From: the human T2T-CHM13v2.0 reference genome, Homo sapiens
DNA length: 64,000 nt
NCBI RefSeq assembly: GCF_009914755.1
Contig: NC_060928.1
Strand: one strand, 5' to 3'
Numbering within the stretch: position 1 is the first letter of the stretch; each line of letters opens with the position of its first letter. Positions 1-23,093 of this stretch are shown here, piece after piece. Below the pieces are notes generated by a model. It was not told the origin of the DNA. It searched no databases and saw nothing but the letters and a program-made list of their open reading frames with translations. The position numbers and the translations under genes were made by a program.

Positions 1-205
1 TGCTTTGGTCTGCGACTCCTGTTCTGCATCCTTGCGCTGCACCCTGGACATAAAAGAGAAGGACGGGAGTAGGATCTGAAGGACACTGCACCCAAACAGG
101 AATCTGAGCACCAGCAGCCACGCCCAGTGGTTAGCCTTAGCCGTGCCCATGTTAGACGCTCCTGGTGGCGTAGGCACCGTTAGCTATGGTAGCTCCATGG
201 GGATC
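1..205 (-). pseudogene. GET1P1: Processed pseudogene of GET1/WRB (5' part; runs off the window start)
   Basis: Minus strand from ATG at 150 reads MGTAKANHWAWLLVLRFLFGCSVLQILLPSFSFMSRVQRKDAEQESQTKA versus GET1 MSSAAADHWAWLLVLSFVFGCNVLRILLPSFSSFMSRVLQKDAEQESQMRA. No intron; upstream sequence resembles the GET1 5'UTR (cccatggagct...ccaggagcgtc). Symbol (alias WRBP1) inferred from the locus. Confidence 0.88.
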
Positions 206-309
206 ATGTTGGCATCCACCTATATTGCAGTTCTGAAATGATAACATTTTAGAAATGATGGACAAAATGGATGCCAAGGTTTAAGAAGAAGTGTTTATAA
301 AAGGGCAAC

Positions 310-1605
<1,296 letters not shown>

Positions 1606-2127
1606 TTTTATATGTAATTCTGTAATGTTTGTATGCTATTTACCATGAGCATGTACTACCTTTATAATTAAAATTCTACAAAAAAAAATTCTAGCTTAAT
1701 AGCAATGTAAAATTTTAATAAAATTTTGTAAAACATTGGGACATACTTGTAAATATGAGGGTAGAAAATGTCTGTAATAACTTCAGGCAATAAGGTAGCA
1801 ACATGTTGTCACCTAAAGACCAATGTGTTCTTCCAAATTTGGCTGCTCTATAAATTCTATTAGTTTGAAAAAGCCAAAAAAGACTGAAAAAGGAGAAAAA
1901 TAATTCTTTTTTAAAGTGCTTATGTTAAAAAAATGCCCAGTTCTAGTGCTCTTTCCATTTGTGATTTCCTCAAATCATAAACAATTATCATTTATTTAAT
2001 GCCTATATTCATAGAACATATGCTAAGGTTATAAGTAAGCATATGATACCCCCCTGACTTGAAGATGTTAATAACATAGCTACTGGGAAATAGGACATAT
2101 GCATAAAAGATAAATAACTATACAATA

Positions 2128-2794
<667 letters not shown>

Positions 2795-3259
2795 TTATAT
2801 AAGTAATATACAAGTATTATGTATATTATTTGGTTGCTATAGACAGTAAATTATCCTAGGATGAGGTAATAGCAAAAGTACAGGAAAATCCAATCGTGCT
2901 TTTGGCAGAAGATAGAATAAATTTGGGATTTTATTTAAGATTGAGTAGACTGATTCAGCTGAAGAAAGGTTTATGTAGAGAAGAGACAGGAAATAAAGTT
3001 GGAAAGGAAGGATGGAGTCTTAATGTGAAAAGCATTGAACATCAGCCACCTGACAATCAGTCTATATTTAATATGAATAAAACTTGGTTCAAGATCCATT
3101 TAAGCTAGAATATCTAAATTTCAGACTATTGATTTGTTCTGTGTAGCTGAAACTCCTACCCTTTTAGTTGATTAGTATTAAGATTGTTTTGGACCTTATT
3201 TATATTGATTTGAAATGTTTATTTGGGAGTGGGCCCAATTCTCTTTAGAGATTTATTAC

Positions 3260-3580
<321 letters not shown>

Positions 3581-4094
3581 TTAGCTGTTGTTGTTGTTGT
3601 TGTTGTTTTGTAAAGAGATTTATTACCCCTTTCAATTTTGCACAGATGCTAGTCAGGTGAAGAAGAGAGGTGAAGGCGTTCTACGCAGATGGAACCCAGG
3701 ATATATAAAGCCAGAGTCACAGGCAAGACTGTCTTCTGAGGAGGGAGAACGGCAGGAACACACATGAGTGAACGGCAGAAGGAAACCAGCTCAAAAGGCC
3801 AGTTATGGAAAAAATTGGAAATGTCATCAAAGTGGGGCCTGGGTGGGGGCAACTAATAGCTTGAAACAATTTTATTATAGAGACAATGGAGCCAGTAATA
3901 TTTGCTTAAAATATTATTTGAATGGCTGAATAACATTCTATAAAACATCCCAATATGTGGAAGCTTCATAATGTATGTACTCAATCCTCTCTTTTAGAAT
4001 ATTTAGCTGATTTCCAGGTTGTTATTGTTTATTTATGTTTTATCTATTATAACCAGTGCTACAATGAAAATCTTTGCTAGGGTCCATGGTCACC

Positions 4095-4578
<484 letters not shown>

Positions 4579-5091
4579 TAGGAATATCTTCCCTAATGCA
4601 AAAAGTATATAAATATTTAGAAGGGCTTTTATTTCAAAGCAAAGGGATGCAGATTTTATCCTGAAGCAATAGAAAGCCATCAGGGCTGTTTAAACGGGAG
4701 AGTTTTTGAAAAGAAAGTTACTCTGGCTGAATTTTGCTGGGTGTTCCAGGATAGGAAGAACTCTGAGATCATTATTAAGAAACTACAACAAAACACTGAA
4801 AGAGTGGCTGAAAGCCTCGACTAAAGCCAAGGATACAGAAAAAAAAAGAAGCAGGAGACTACCATATTAGAATTCACTGGGTGTGGTGAGTCATAGAACC
4901 TGAGAGATGTAGAGAGGTCTAGGATGACACTAAAGTTTCTAGCTTGAGTGATTTGGTCGATGGTAAAAATCTCCATCTAGGCTAGGAACGAAGAGAATGG
5001 AGCAGGTTTAGAGAATTTGTGTAGATGGACACATAGGTAGGATAGATGACAGAGAAGGGTTGCATTGTATTTTAAATCTCTCATATTTTAG

Positions 5092-5945
<854 letters not shown>

Positions 5946-6277
5946 ATTAGAGGATTTTAGGGAGAGATATGAAATGATTGGGTTTATATTTAGAGATAAT
6001 TTTGAATGACTTGCTAAGAATAGGTGTTAGAGTTATAGGTAACTATTACAATAATCCAAGAAAGAGGGGACTGGTGGCTTGGACTTTTCTAAGCAGCGGT
6101 GTATGACTGGGAAATAGGTTCTGGGCATACTTTGAAGACTTGGTCAACAGAATTTTCTAATGGACTGGATGTGTGTATGAGAGAGAGTAGTCAAGGATGA
6201 CTCCAAAGTTTTGAGGTGAGCACCTGGAAGGATACAGTTGCTATTTACTGGGATGGAGAAGGCTGCTAGAGGAGTAG

Positions 6278-6847
<570 letters not shown>

Positions 6848-6966
6848 TTAGGCAGAAGGAAAACCAAGACAGTGTGTGGACTCCTGGAAGTCAAGTGAAG
6901 AAATTTATGTCAAATAAATATGTTTTGAAGATAAGTCAGACAAGAACTGACCAAAATTGACCAAAG

Positions 6967-7292
6967 CAACAAAGATGGAACTGGAGGTCATTATGTTAAG
7001 TGAAACAAGCCAGACACAGAAAGACAAGTATTGCATGTTCCCACCCATAAGTGGGTGCTTAAAAATGTGTATACATAAATGTAGAGAGTAGAATGGTAGA
7101 CAATGGAGATTTTGAAGGGTGAGGGGGTGGGAGGGGGCTGGAGGATGAGAAGTTATTTAATGGGTACAATGTACGTTATTCGGGTGATGGATACCCTAAC
7201 AGTCCTGAATTGACCATTACGCAATGTTTGCATGTAACAAAATTGCATGTGTACCCTCATACATTTATCCAAATAAAAAAAAAATCCAAAAC
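6967..7292 (+). mobile_element. 5'-truncated L1 (L1PB/L1MA) 3' end
   Basis: ggaactggaggtcattatgttaagtgaaac...aaataaaaaaaa; TSD-like aaaat(t/a)gaccaaag on both sides. Confidence 0.85.
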
Positions 7293-7805
7293 AAAATAGA
7301 CCAAAGTATATGACAACATGGATGTGAGTGGCAACACTGACAAGAATAGTTTTGGTGAAATGGTAAGGAGGGAACCTGAAGGTAGTGGATTTAAGGCAGA
7401 AATAGCAAGTACAGACTACATTTCAGAAAAAGTTTTCTATACGTGGAGCAGAAGCATGGAATTACAGAGGGACAGGGATGTATGCTTATGGGAACGAGCC
7501 AGTAGAGAGGGAAAATAGATGATACAGGGGAAAGTGGGAGCCAGAGGGAGAGAGAGGAGGGAGAGTACTTATAAGAATGATGTTCACAAGTAAATTTGAG
7601 GAGATCTGATCAAGTGCCCAAGTGGAGGGCTTGGCCTCTCATAAGAGCATGCACAATTCATTCATGGTAAGAAGATAAAAGGCATCATTCGGCATATGGG
7701 CAGATGAATATAATAATGGTGAAGAAACTATGTGGAAGCTCTCTTTTCACTTCCTCTGTTTTCTTGGTGAAATAACAAGGTCATCAGTTGAGAATGAAGA
7801 ATCCA

Positions 7806-9277
<1,472 letters not shown>

Positions 9278-9439
9278 TGAGAGAGAAGGAGGGCTATTGG
9301 AAGATAAACAGCCACCACCCAAGAGGGCTTCAGAGACCACTACAGTAGTCTCCATTTTGCATAGTTTCCTGGTAAACCCAAATGATGCCTTTCCTGGAGC
9401 ACTCTTCACTGTTGTGGCAAGCGACAAGTGAGACTGAGA

Positions 9440-9605
9440 CTTGAGTCATACCTCAACAAGCCAAGGAATGCCAAAGTTCTCCAGCAAACCACCAGAAGCT
9501 AAGGAAAAAGCATAGAACAGATTCTCCCTCAAAGTCCTCAGAAGGAACCAACCCTATTGTTACCTTGATCTTGGACTTCTGGCCTCCAGAACTGTAAAAG
9601 TAAAA
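9440..9605 (+). mobile_element. MLT1 (ERVL-MaLR) LTR fragment
   Basis: ccaaggaatgcca...ccaccagaagct...gattctccc...cagaaggaaccaaccct...ccttgatcttggacttctggcctccagaactgt. Confidence 0.8.
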
Positions 9606-9616
9606 ATTGAAATACT

Positions 9617-10765
<1,149 letters not shown>

Positions 10766-10767
10766 CT

Positions 10768-10932
10768 AGCTTTCTTTTTTTTTTCTTTTCTTTCCTTTTC
10801 TTTTCTTTTCTCTTCTCTTCTTTTTCTTTTCCTTTCTTTCTTTCTTTCTTTCTTCTTTTTTTCTTTCCTTTCTTTCTTTCTTTCCTTCCTTTCTTTCTTT
10901 CTCTTTCTTTCTCTCTCTCTTTCTTTCTTTTT
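10768..10932. repeat. (CTTT)n/(CT)n polypyrimidine microsatellite
   Basis: ~160 bp of almost only C/T. Confidence 0.95.
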
Positions 10933-11815
10933 AACATTTGGAGGTCAAGCCAAAGGAGGACTGAGAATTGATCATTAGATTTCGCAGCATGGAGGTAATT
11001 GGGAACCTTGCCAGGAGAAAGTTTGGTGATGTAGGTGGAGGAAAGCCTGAATGGACTACGTTCAATAGAGAACGTGAAGAGAGGAACAGGAGATACTGAA
11101 ACTTTGTAAAGGCTCTTGCTGAAAGGAGATGTACAGAACTGGAACACTAGCTGAGGGAAGGGAGGCTGCGGTAAAGGAAAGTTTTGCTTTGTTTTGTTTT
11201 TGAAGGTAGGTGTATGTTTCTACGGAAATCTTTAAGAAAGGAAAATTTATGATGTCTGAGAAAGGGAACAATCTCAGGAAGGTCATTTTATCTGTAAAAA
11301 GCCATAATTCCACCTCAATAGGACAGCTGAGCCAATGAAGAAAGACAGTCATCAGGTTTGGAAGGTGGTTTGCATATCCATGGAAGCTCTATACCCCTGG
11401 GAAACAGTGAGGCAAACAAGGTCGGCCCCTGTGCGGGATTTATGACTCCTGCCACAGCCCTTGCGCAAAGGTCTGCAAAACATGGTCCGTCTTTTAAGTT
11501 CTTCACAGAGCTACAAAAGAGGTGCTCTCTGCCTTGGTGAGGGATGGGGCCAAGTCCCTACCCTGGACGGTAGCTGGAAGATGCTTTCTTACAGTGAAGA
11601 AGGTGGGAAGGGAAGAGGCTGGATCTCGAGGGAGGGGGAAACGCCCAAAGCGTGAAGGACACACCGTTTGGGACACTTCATCCATCAGCCCACATCCGAC
11701 AGGGGTTGAGGTCCCGGTGGCATTTCACACCACGTTCTCTCCGTAAATGAATTCCCCCTTATCAATAGGGAGTAGTTGGCAGAACAAAGAATGTGTGCGC
11801 GTGGAGGCTAGAGGT

Positions 11816-11835
11816 GGGTGGGTGGGTGGGTGGGT
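11816..11835 (+). repeat. (GGGT)5 G-quadruplex-forming repeat
   Basis: Five GGG tracts separated by single T. Confidence 0.85.
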
Positions 11836-12028
11836 GCCTTAGCACAACTCCAGCGGAGAGTGAGTGCGGATAGGAAATGTGTGTATGGCATGAATGGAAA
11901 GAGCCGAGAGTGAGTGTGGAGATGGGCAGGGAAGAGCTGGACGCGCCCCAACAGCCAGGGGCCTCCCGAGGGAACGTCCGCCAGTGATGCGGGAGCGCCC
12001 GCGGAGGAGCCTCCTTCTCCCCACCCAC

Positions 12029-12200
12029 CTCCCGAACTCCGGCAGTCAGTGGTGCATATAGACATATTTCTGGGAGCTGTCCATGAGCTCATGGCTCTCC
12101 TGGCGATAGCGGCAGCGGCTAGGGAAGCAGCCTCCTTTCTCCCGGCGCCGCCGCTAGAATAAGCCCGGCAGCTCGCACTTTCAGAGCACACGCGCCGGGC
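12029..12200 (-). ncRNA. Candidate first exon of a divergent antisense transcript
   Basis: Minus-strand donor GAG|GTGGGT with intron starting at 12028 at the island edge; 5' end is a guess; transcription cannot be seen from sequence. Confidence 0.4.
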
Positions 12201-12503
12201 GCGGCGCTGGGAAGGGGCAGCTGCTTGCCCAGCCCCGCGGCCAAGGTCGCGTCCGACCCCGGCCCGCCGCGGCCCCGAGTCCGCCGGCCGGGATGTAGGT
12301 GGCGCGGGAGGGACTTCGGCTGGGCGAGCAGAGGGCACAGCCGCCCCTTCCACTCTGCGGCGCAGGAGCCGGGGCGGGTCCGCGGGGCGCGGCGGCTGCG
12401 GAGACTCCGGGCGGGCGCGGGCCGCAGGCCCGACGCGGAGGAGACCGAGGAGACGCGGGAGACCCGGGCGTGACAGGAGGAAGAAACCCGGAGCCGCAGG
12501 AAG

Positions 12504-12575
12504 ATGGCTTCTCCCACCTCCCCGGCCCCGGAAGGCGGGGCCTCCACCCCGCCGAACCCGCCGCGGATTCGTCAG
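12504..12575 (+). CDS. ANK2: Ankyrin-2 (ankyrin-B) distal alternative first coding exon, 24 codons, phase 0
   Basis: Strong Kozak aagATGG; in-frame upstream TGA at 12471; MASPTSPAPEGGASTPPNPPRIRQ matches the recalled mouse Ank2 N-terminus; donor CAG|GTGGGT at 12575/12576; phase 0 fits the common exon starting SDSNASFLRAARAG (outside window). Confidence 0.88.
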
Positions 12576-15500
12576 GTGGGTGCACAAAGTGCGGGAGGGG
12601 CGCCGGCACCCCATTGTCCTCGCGTCCCCCAAGGGCGGGGACCTCAACCCCAATGCGGCGGCTCCCCTAGGAGCGGGGCCGACACGAGCCAACTTGGCTA
12701 CATCGCCCGGCCCAGGACCATTCTCTAAACCTCTTTTCTCAGTCTCACTTCACACACAGACACACATACAGACACACACGCAGATAGCCCTAGAAAAATA
12801 CACGTCTTCCAAAACCAGACGTGTAACTTCTGAACGCACGCACACTCACACACACGCACCCCGCAAACTCATCCCTCCCACCCCGCACAGAGGCACACAC
12901 CCAGCTGTCACATGACCCACTGCAGAGCTATACCGTTAGAAGAAACCAGGGTGCCCCTGGGGGAAAGGTACCCCAGACCCAAACTCCCCGAGGACCTTGA
13001 GAAGGATTGCTGGAAGCATTTACTTCCACCCATAGGAGAGCAGGAACCTCATCTAGAGGTTACTCACCATTTCTCAACTTTCGGGCAAAGCTTCACCCAA
13101 CAACTGCAGCCCTGTATCCTGCATTAGCCATGTAGTACAGAAAACATGTGTTCCTGTTCTCTCCACGTCTATAGAGACACAAACAGCTTCCCCCAGCACT
13201 GCAAGGAGGAATGCACGTTTCTTTGACTGTTTGAATAAGCCCTGTTTTCTGTTTGTATGGTAATATTAAAACAAGGGAGTACTCCATCTGGTTGTGATCT
13301 GTGATTTGGTATCTAGATTTTTTCCCCCCGGCTACCATTGCCAGGAACTATAGCACCAGCACCTTAGGTTATCACAGTAGTAGCGATTGTGCACTTGCTG
13401 TGTTCATGGTAGTGTATGAGTGTGAGAATATGATCCATTGACTGCAAATAGGAAACCTCTTTACCGAAGAGAATTGGATTCCTATTTAGAAAGAGGGCTA
13501 AAATTGGTTGATGAATACTATCTGTGCAGGAAAATAATGCCCAACAGAATGGTCTTTCTCCCTGGTAGTGTGGAAATTTTGAAAAATAAAGGAGACTCCA
13601 GGATTTATGAAAACGTGACAGTAAAATTGATTGATGCCTAACAAGGTCTTTGCCACGTTTGAATTTTAATATGTGTAAGTAGTGTTATATTAGGGACAAC
13701 CTTTGTTTATGGGCATTTTTTAATGCAATGACTAAAAAGTAGTGTGTACAGTTTTTGTGGCAATCTGCGTCCCAGAGAAATTGTTAGGGTTTTAAATCCT
13801 TGTAGAATCTAGGACTCTAATTTTATGACAATGCATTTTTAATTGCACTTGGAGCTATTCTTTTTTTTATTATTTTCTGGAAGAATTGTGATAGCAGATA
13901 TCATTAAATCTGTATTTGTGATAGTTATGCATTCAAGAATGAAGGTGAAATTATTGTTATTTGCAATTATAAATCATATTTTAAGCAAAAAATTATTTTT
14001 ATATTTGGCTAAATATATATGTATGCACACATACATAAACATTGAGGAAGTAAAATTTGTTAATTTATTAATAAACAGAATATGTGCACTCAGACATTTC
14101 TATGAAATCTTATTCTGTAAAGCACTTTTATTGATCTAGCAAAAATACGTATAAAAATAGTTATACAAAAAATGTGCGTGGAAGGTCATTGTTATTTTGC
14201 AGACTAGACACCCTATTTAGAAAAGCTCATAATTAAAAGCTGTGTAAAATGACATAGTGCTGCAACATTCAAGTTATTGACTGGTGTCCTCTGTTCAGGC
14301 TTTCATTTATATGACCTTACAGTAGCACTGTTTTAGTGATTGGTGCATTAATTTGCATAGGATGTAGAAATAGGTTGCTGGAATTATTGGTCCTTCCAGT
14401 CTACCTGATTCATCCAGTCAGGTGGAACAGAAGTACTGACAACCTCTGGCTGCAGAATCACCATTTGCCTGAAAGTGATTTTGAGCAAATTAGAAATAGA
14501 AAAACGGAAGGGAAAACCGTGTTGTTCTACTAAGTGGTGAAATGTTTTAGGCCCCATTCACATTGTATTTTAACTGTGTCACTGTTTCCTGGACATATTT
14601 TTCCATGTTCATTAGTAATTCTTTTTCAAATCAATTCTGGATTGAATTGGAATTAAATTAAAATTGGAATTGTTTTACTCTTTCTGAACCATGTAAAAAT
14701 TCAGAAAAAGTGTAATTGAGAAAAGCACAGAAGTCCAAAGGAGTAAAGATTTTAATGTGGATTTTTGACAAATCTATTGGTCATACTATTAATTATATAA
14801 TGGAAATTTAGAAATTAAAATATTTTAGGAAAGCTTTTGGTGAATATAAACATAGCTGGCAAATTAGTATATTTAACTACTAATTTCAATGAAACTATGC
14901 TGTGTGGGGATTCATTTATTCAACAGACATTTACTCAGCATAAAGTAATGTTTCATGTTCTAAAGATAATGAAATGAAGAGGACAAAAACCCTACCCATT
15001 AGCAGGTGTAGGTATTTGAAGCATCAAACTATTTAAAATTTGAATTACTTATAGGGTCCTTTCCATGTTATTTAGACAAAATAGTTATTTATCAACTTTT
15101 TGTTTTGATCACTCCTCTAATAATGAGCCTAAATAATACCTAATTTGTATGTACCTAAAATGTCACTGTAGGATTGAATTCGTTTGCATTTATTTGCTAT
15201 ATTTCTGTTCTCATTAATTATTTCATATATTATTAGAATTACATATCACAAGCTATATATGTTATTTTTTACAACTTCATATTTTGAACAAAGATTTTTT
15301 TAAAGCTTTTGGAAAATGCTGATGTAGCATGAAATATCTAAAGTGGTCCAGTACCTTCACACAGTGTACTTAAAATCTAGATTTCCAAAAATGAGAAGGA
15401 CAAGGAAAAATGACCTTTAAGTTCATTCTGCTAAGGGAGAGATAACTTTATCAATGCGCCATCTTTTCAGGCTTGTTAGGCATTAGGTATTTCCCTTTTT

Positions 15501-15824
15501 TTCTTCTTCTTGTAAGAAAAGGGGTATCTTTTCTGTGTTTTATATACAGGATAAATAAGTTAACAGAAGTTTCACCTACTTTTTCCAACTCGTAAGTCAA
15601 ATTAGTTATGAAAATAGATTTCGTGGACATCAGCCCATGTTTATTCTTCATTCATTTTCTAACTTTGTAAAAGAAAAGATGAAGAAACGGTTGTTTTGCA
15701 ATAGTTTGTCTGTATATGTCATATACATTAAAGGACCCATATGACTCTTACGGCCATTTCCAGAGAATTTAAATCAAAGTTAAATGCGTACTTACTGAGA
15801 TTATGACATATAAGATATATTGAA

Positions 15825-17144
<1,320 letters not shown>

Positions 17145-17257
17145 CTAAAGCTTTCAGTTACCTTTTGCCTCCACTGGGAGCTCCTCAATTATTTGTGCTG
17201 GTCCTGAGAAAAATATTTCTGAGAATGAATGGGTTAATGGAGAATCTTTTTGAACAG

Positions 17258-19067
<1,810 letters not shown>

Positions 19068-19229
19068 AAGATGTTATATTTTTAATTTTTATTTTATAAA
19101 AAGTATTTGAGTTACAGCACAGGAAAATTTATTTTAGACAGTGAAGGGATGACAGTCACAGGCAATAAATAAATATAGTTATGTATTGACATTATTAATT
19201 TAGGTTTTTAAATTTTGTTTTTTAATAGA

Positions 19230-20845
<1,616 letters not shown>

Positions 20846-21284
20846 TAAAACATTATTTATACAATTTCCCATTTAAACATCATATGAAGCTACAAGACAA
20901 GCACTCATTTCTAGAAGGAAGGCTGTTTATGAAAGTGAACTGCATACAATAAAACTATATCAAAAAATCAAATGAAAAAAGACAAAGTAATATGTCACAT
21001 CTCATACCCTACTTGATGAATACAGAGAGTTCCCAGAGGCTTTAAAAAAACAATTTCTAAATCGGCTACATTGAATATGAGCAATAAAATGAGAAATAAA
21101 TAGGGACTTTAAGCTTCATTCACTACAAGGTTTGGAGACGTTTAGCATTTTATGTTTTTATAAAGGGTTATTATATGGGTAGATTATGGTATATTAAGGA
21201 GCTAATTATCTGTTTCTAGTGACACGTATAGCCTTGAGTTCACTAGCCTGTAAACCTAGCTTTTATCACAAGGATATATAAATA

Positions 21285-21820
21285 GTTTCAATTATCAATT
21301 GCTACATAACAAACCCCATCAAACATAGTGGCTTCAAACAACAATAATCATGTGTTTTGCTCATTAATCTGCAATTGGGTAGGGGTTGGTAAGGATATGA
21401 GGAATCAGCTGGGGTGACTAGAAGGCTGGAGGTGACTCCATGACTGGAGCAATAATCATCTAAGATTTGCTCAGTCACACGTCTGGTGACCAATACTACC
21501 TGAGGGTGTCAGCTAGAACACCTATATAAGTCCTCTCTGTGTGGATCTTGGCTTCCTTGCAGCGCGGTGATTGGGTTCCAACAGTAAAAGTCCCAAGAAA
21601 TTGCGGCAGAAGTAAAAGGCATCCTTAAGACCTAGCCTTAGAAATCACAGGTTTCTTTTGTCATACTCTTGGTGAGGCAGTCTCATGGGTTCACCTAGAT
21701 TCAGTGGTAGGGGACGTACATCCCACTATTCCATGGGAGGGATGGATATTAACATCATATTATAAAAATAGCATGTGGGAGGGATATTGGCCACCTTTGA
21801 AAATATGATCTACCACAGAG
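21285..21820 (-). mobile_element. MLT1 (MaLR) LTR
   Basis: ttgctacataacaaaccccatcaaacatagtggcttcaaacaacaataatc...gacctagccttagaaatcaca...ctaccaca. Confidence 0.7.
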
Positions 21821-22207
21821 TGAGAACTAGGTTAACACAAATAAGCTGGTATCAAACAGGACTTAGCACGTTATTTTTGTCATCGGATCAGGAGGTAACA
21901 CAGATGTGATAAGAACTAGTTACAAACATTTCACAGGAAATATTTCCTCACTTAAATCTTCATAAATCACTACATGCAAATGCTGTAGTTCTGCTGTTTA
22001 CCTTCCTTTTGATTGTTCAGTCGCCTTGTACTCGGGCTCTGTGCTTTGAGTTTGGAGAGTGTTACACAGTACCACCCTCAGACACAAGCTCTAAGCTCTA
22101 GAACTTCTCACTCTGGGCTCCTTCCAACCACACTTTTTCCTACTGAATGAGGAAGGCATGGGACCAGGGGACTTGCTCACATAGGGCCTGCACTTTTTCT
22201 TTGCAGC

Positions 22208-23093
22208 TATGGAGGTGGAGGTTTTAGTGAGCCGAGATTGCGCCACTGCACTACAGCCTGGGCAACAAAGCGAGACTCCCATCTCAAAATTAATAAATGA
22301 ATAAATAAACAATAAAATGTACAAAATACATTTTGCTTGATACCTGGCAGTTGGTTTATACTAAATGATTTTAACTATTGTTGTTATATGATAAATGCAC
22401 AATAAATGTCAGCCTCTTCCCTTCCCCAAGGACAGCACTACAAGGAAGGACAGCCATTTGCCTGAGGATTAGACACGGAAGTCAGAAATGAGGCTTGCAC
22501 AGCCCCCCTAGTTCCTATCTGAGTAACTCTGAGTAAATTATATAATCTGGCTAAACTTTAGTTTTATAATGTATTAAATGGCAGTAACCATAATTCCATC
22601 TCACAGGTCCATTATTATTATTTTTTTCTTTTTTATATATAGAGACAGGGTCTTGCTATGTTGACCAGGCTGGTCTCGAACTTCTATTCTCAAGCAGTCC
22701 CTCCAACCTTGGCCTCCCAAAGTGCTGGGATTACAGGTGTAAACCACCACACTGGGCCTCATTGGTCCATCATTAATCTCTAATGGTATAATGTTAGTGT
22801 AAGTGCTTTCAAAATAATAAAATACTATAGGTGTATATGCTATTGTGAAAAAATATGTAATTTTGATTTCAATTGTTTATATCGTAAGCCTTCTGGTTAA
22901 CTAAATGTCCCTTATTCTAATAGTCTTTTTGGTAGAGATGGGGGCCTCCTATATTGCCCAGGCCGGAGTGCAGCGATGATTCATAGGCATGATCATAGTG
23001 CACCACAGCCTTGAACTCCTGGGCTCAAGTGATCCTCCTGCCTCAGCCTTCTGAGTAAATGGTACTATAGGCTTACAGCACTGCACCTGGCCT
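22208..23093. mobile_element. Alu 3' fragment(+), MIR remnant, FLAM(-, 22620-22758), FAM(-, 22930-23093)
   Basis: Monomeric Alu-type sequences; FAM shows gattcataggcatgatcatagtgcaccacagcc. Confidence 0.75.

Larger units (their letters stand above)
11930..12720. promoter_or_regulatory. CpG island; distal (probably bidirectional) ANK2 promoter
   Basis: Very GC- and CpG-rich stretch in an AT-rich, CpG-depleted background; GC boxes (GGGCGG near 12372 and 12408); repeat-free; contains the first coding exon. Confidence 0.9.

Noticed and set aside
11808-12692. 294-aa minus-strand ORF and other overlapping ORFs in the CpG island
   Set aside because: Low-complexity R/P/G/A-rich translations expected from stop-poor GC-rich DNA; no recognisable domain; several lack a true ATG start
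12576-12728. Continuation of the 74-aa ORF beyond RIRQ
   Set aside because: Similarity to ankyrin-B ends exactly at a consensus donor; the rest is intron
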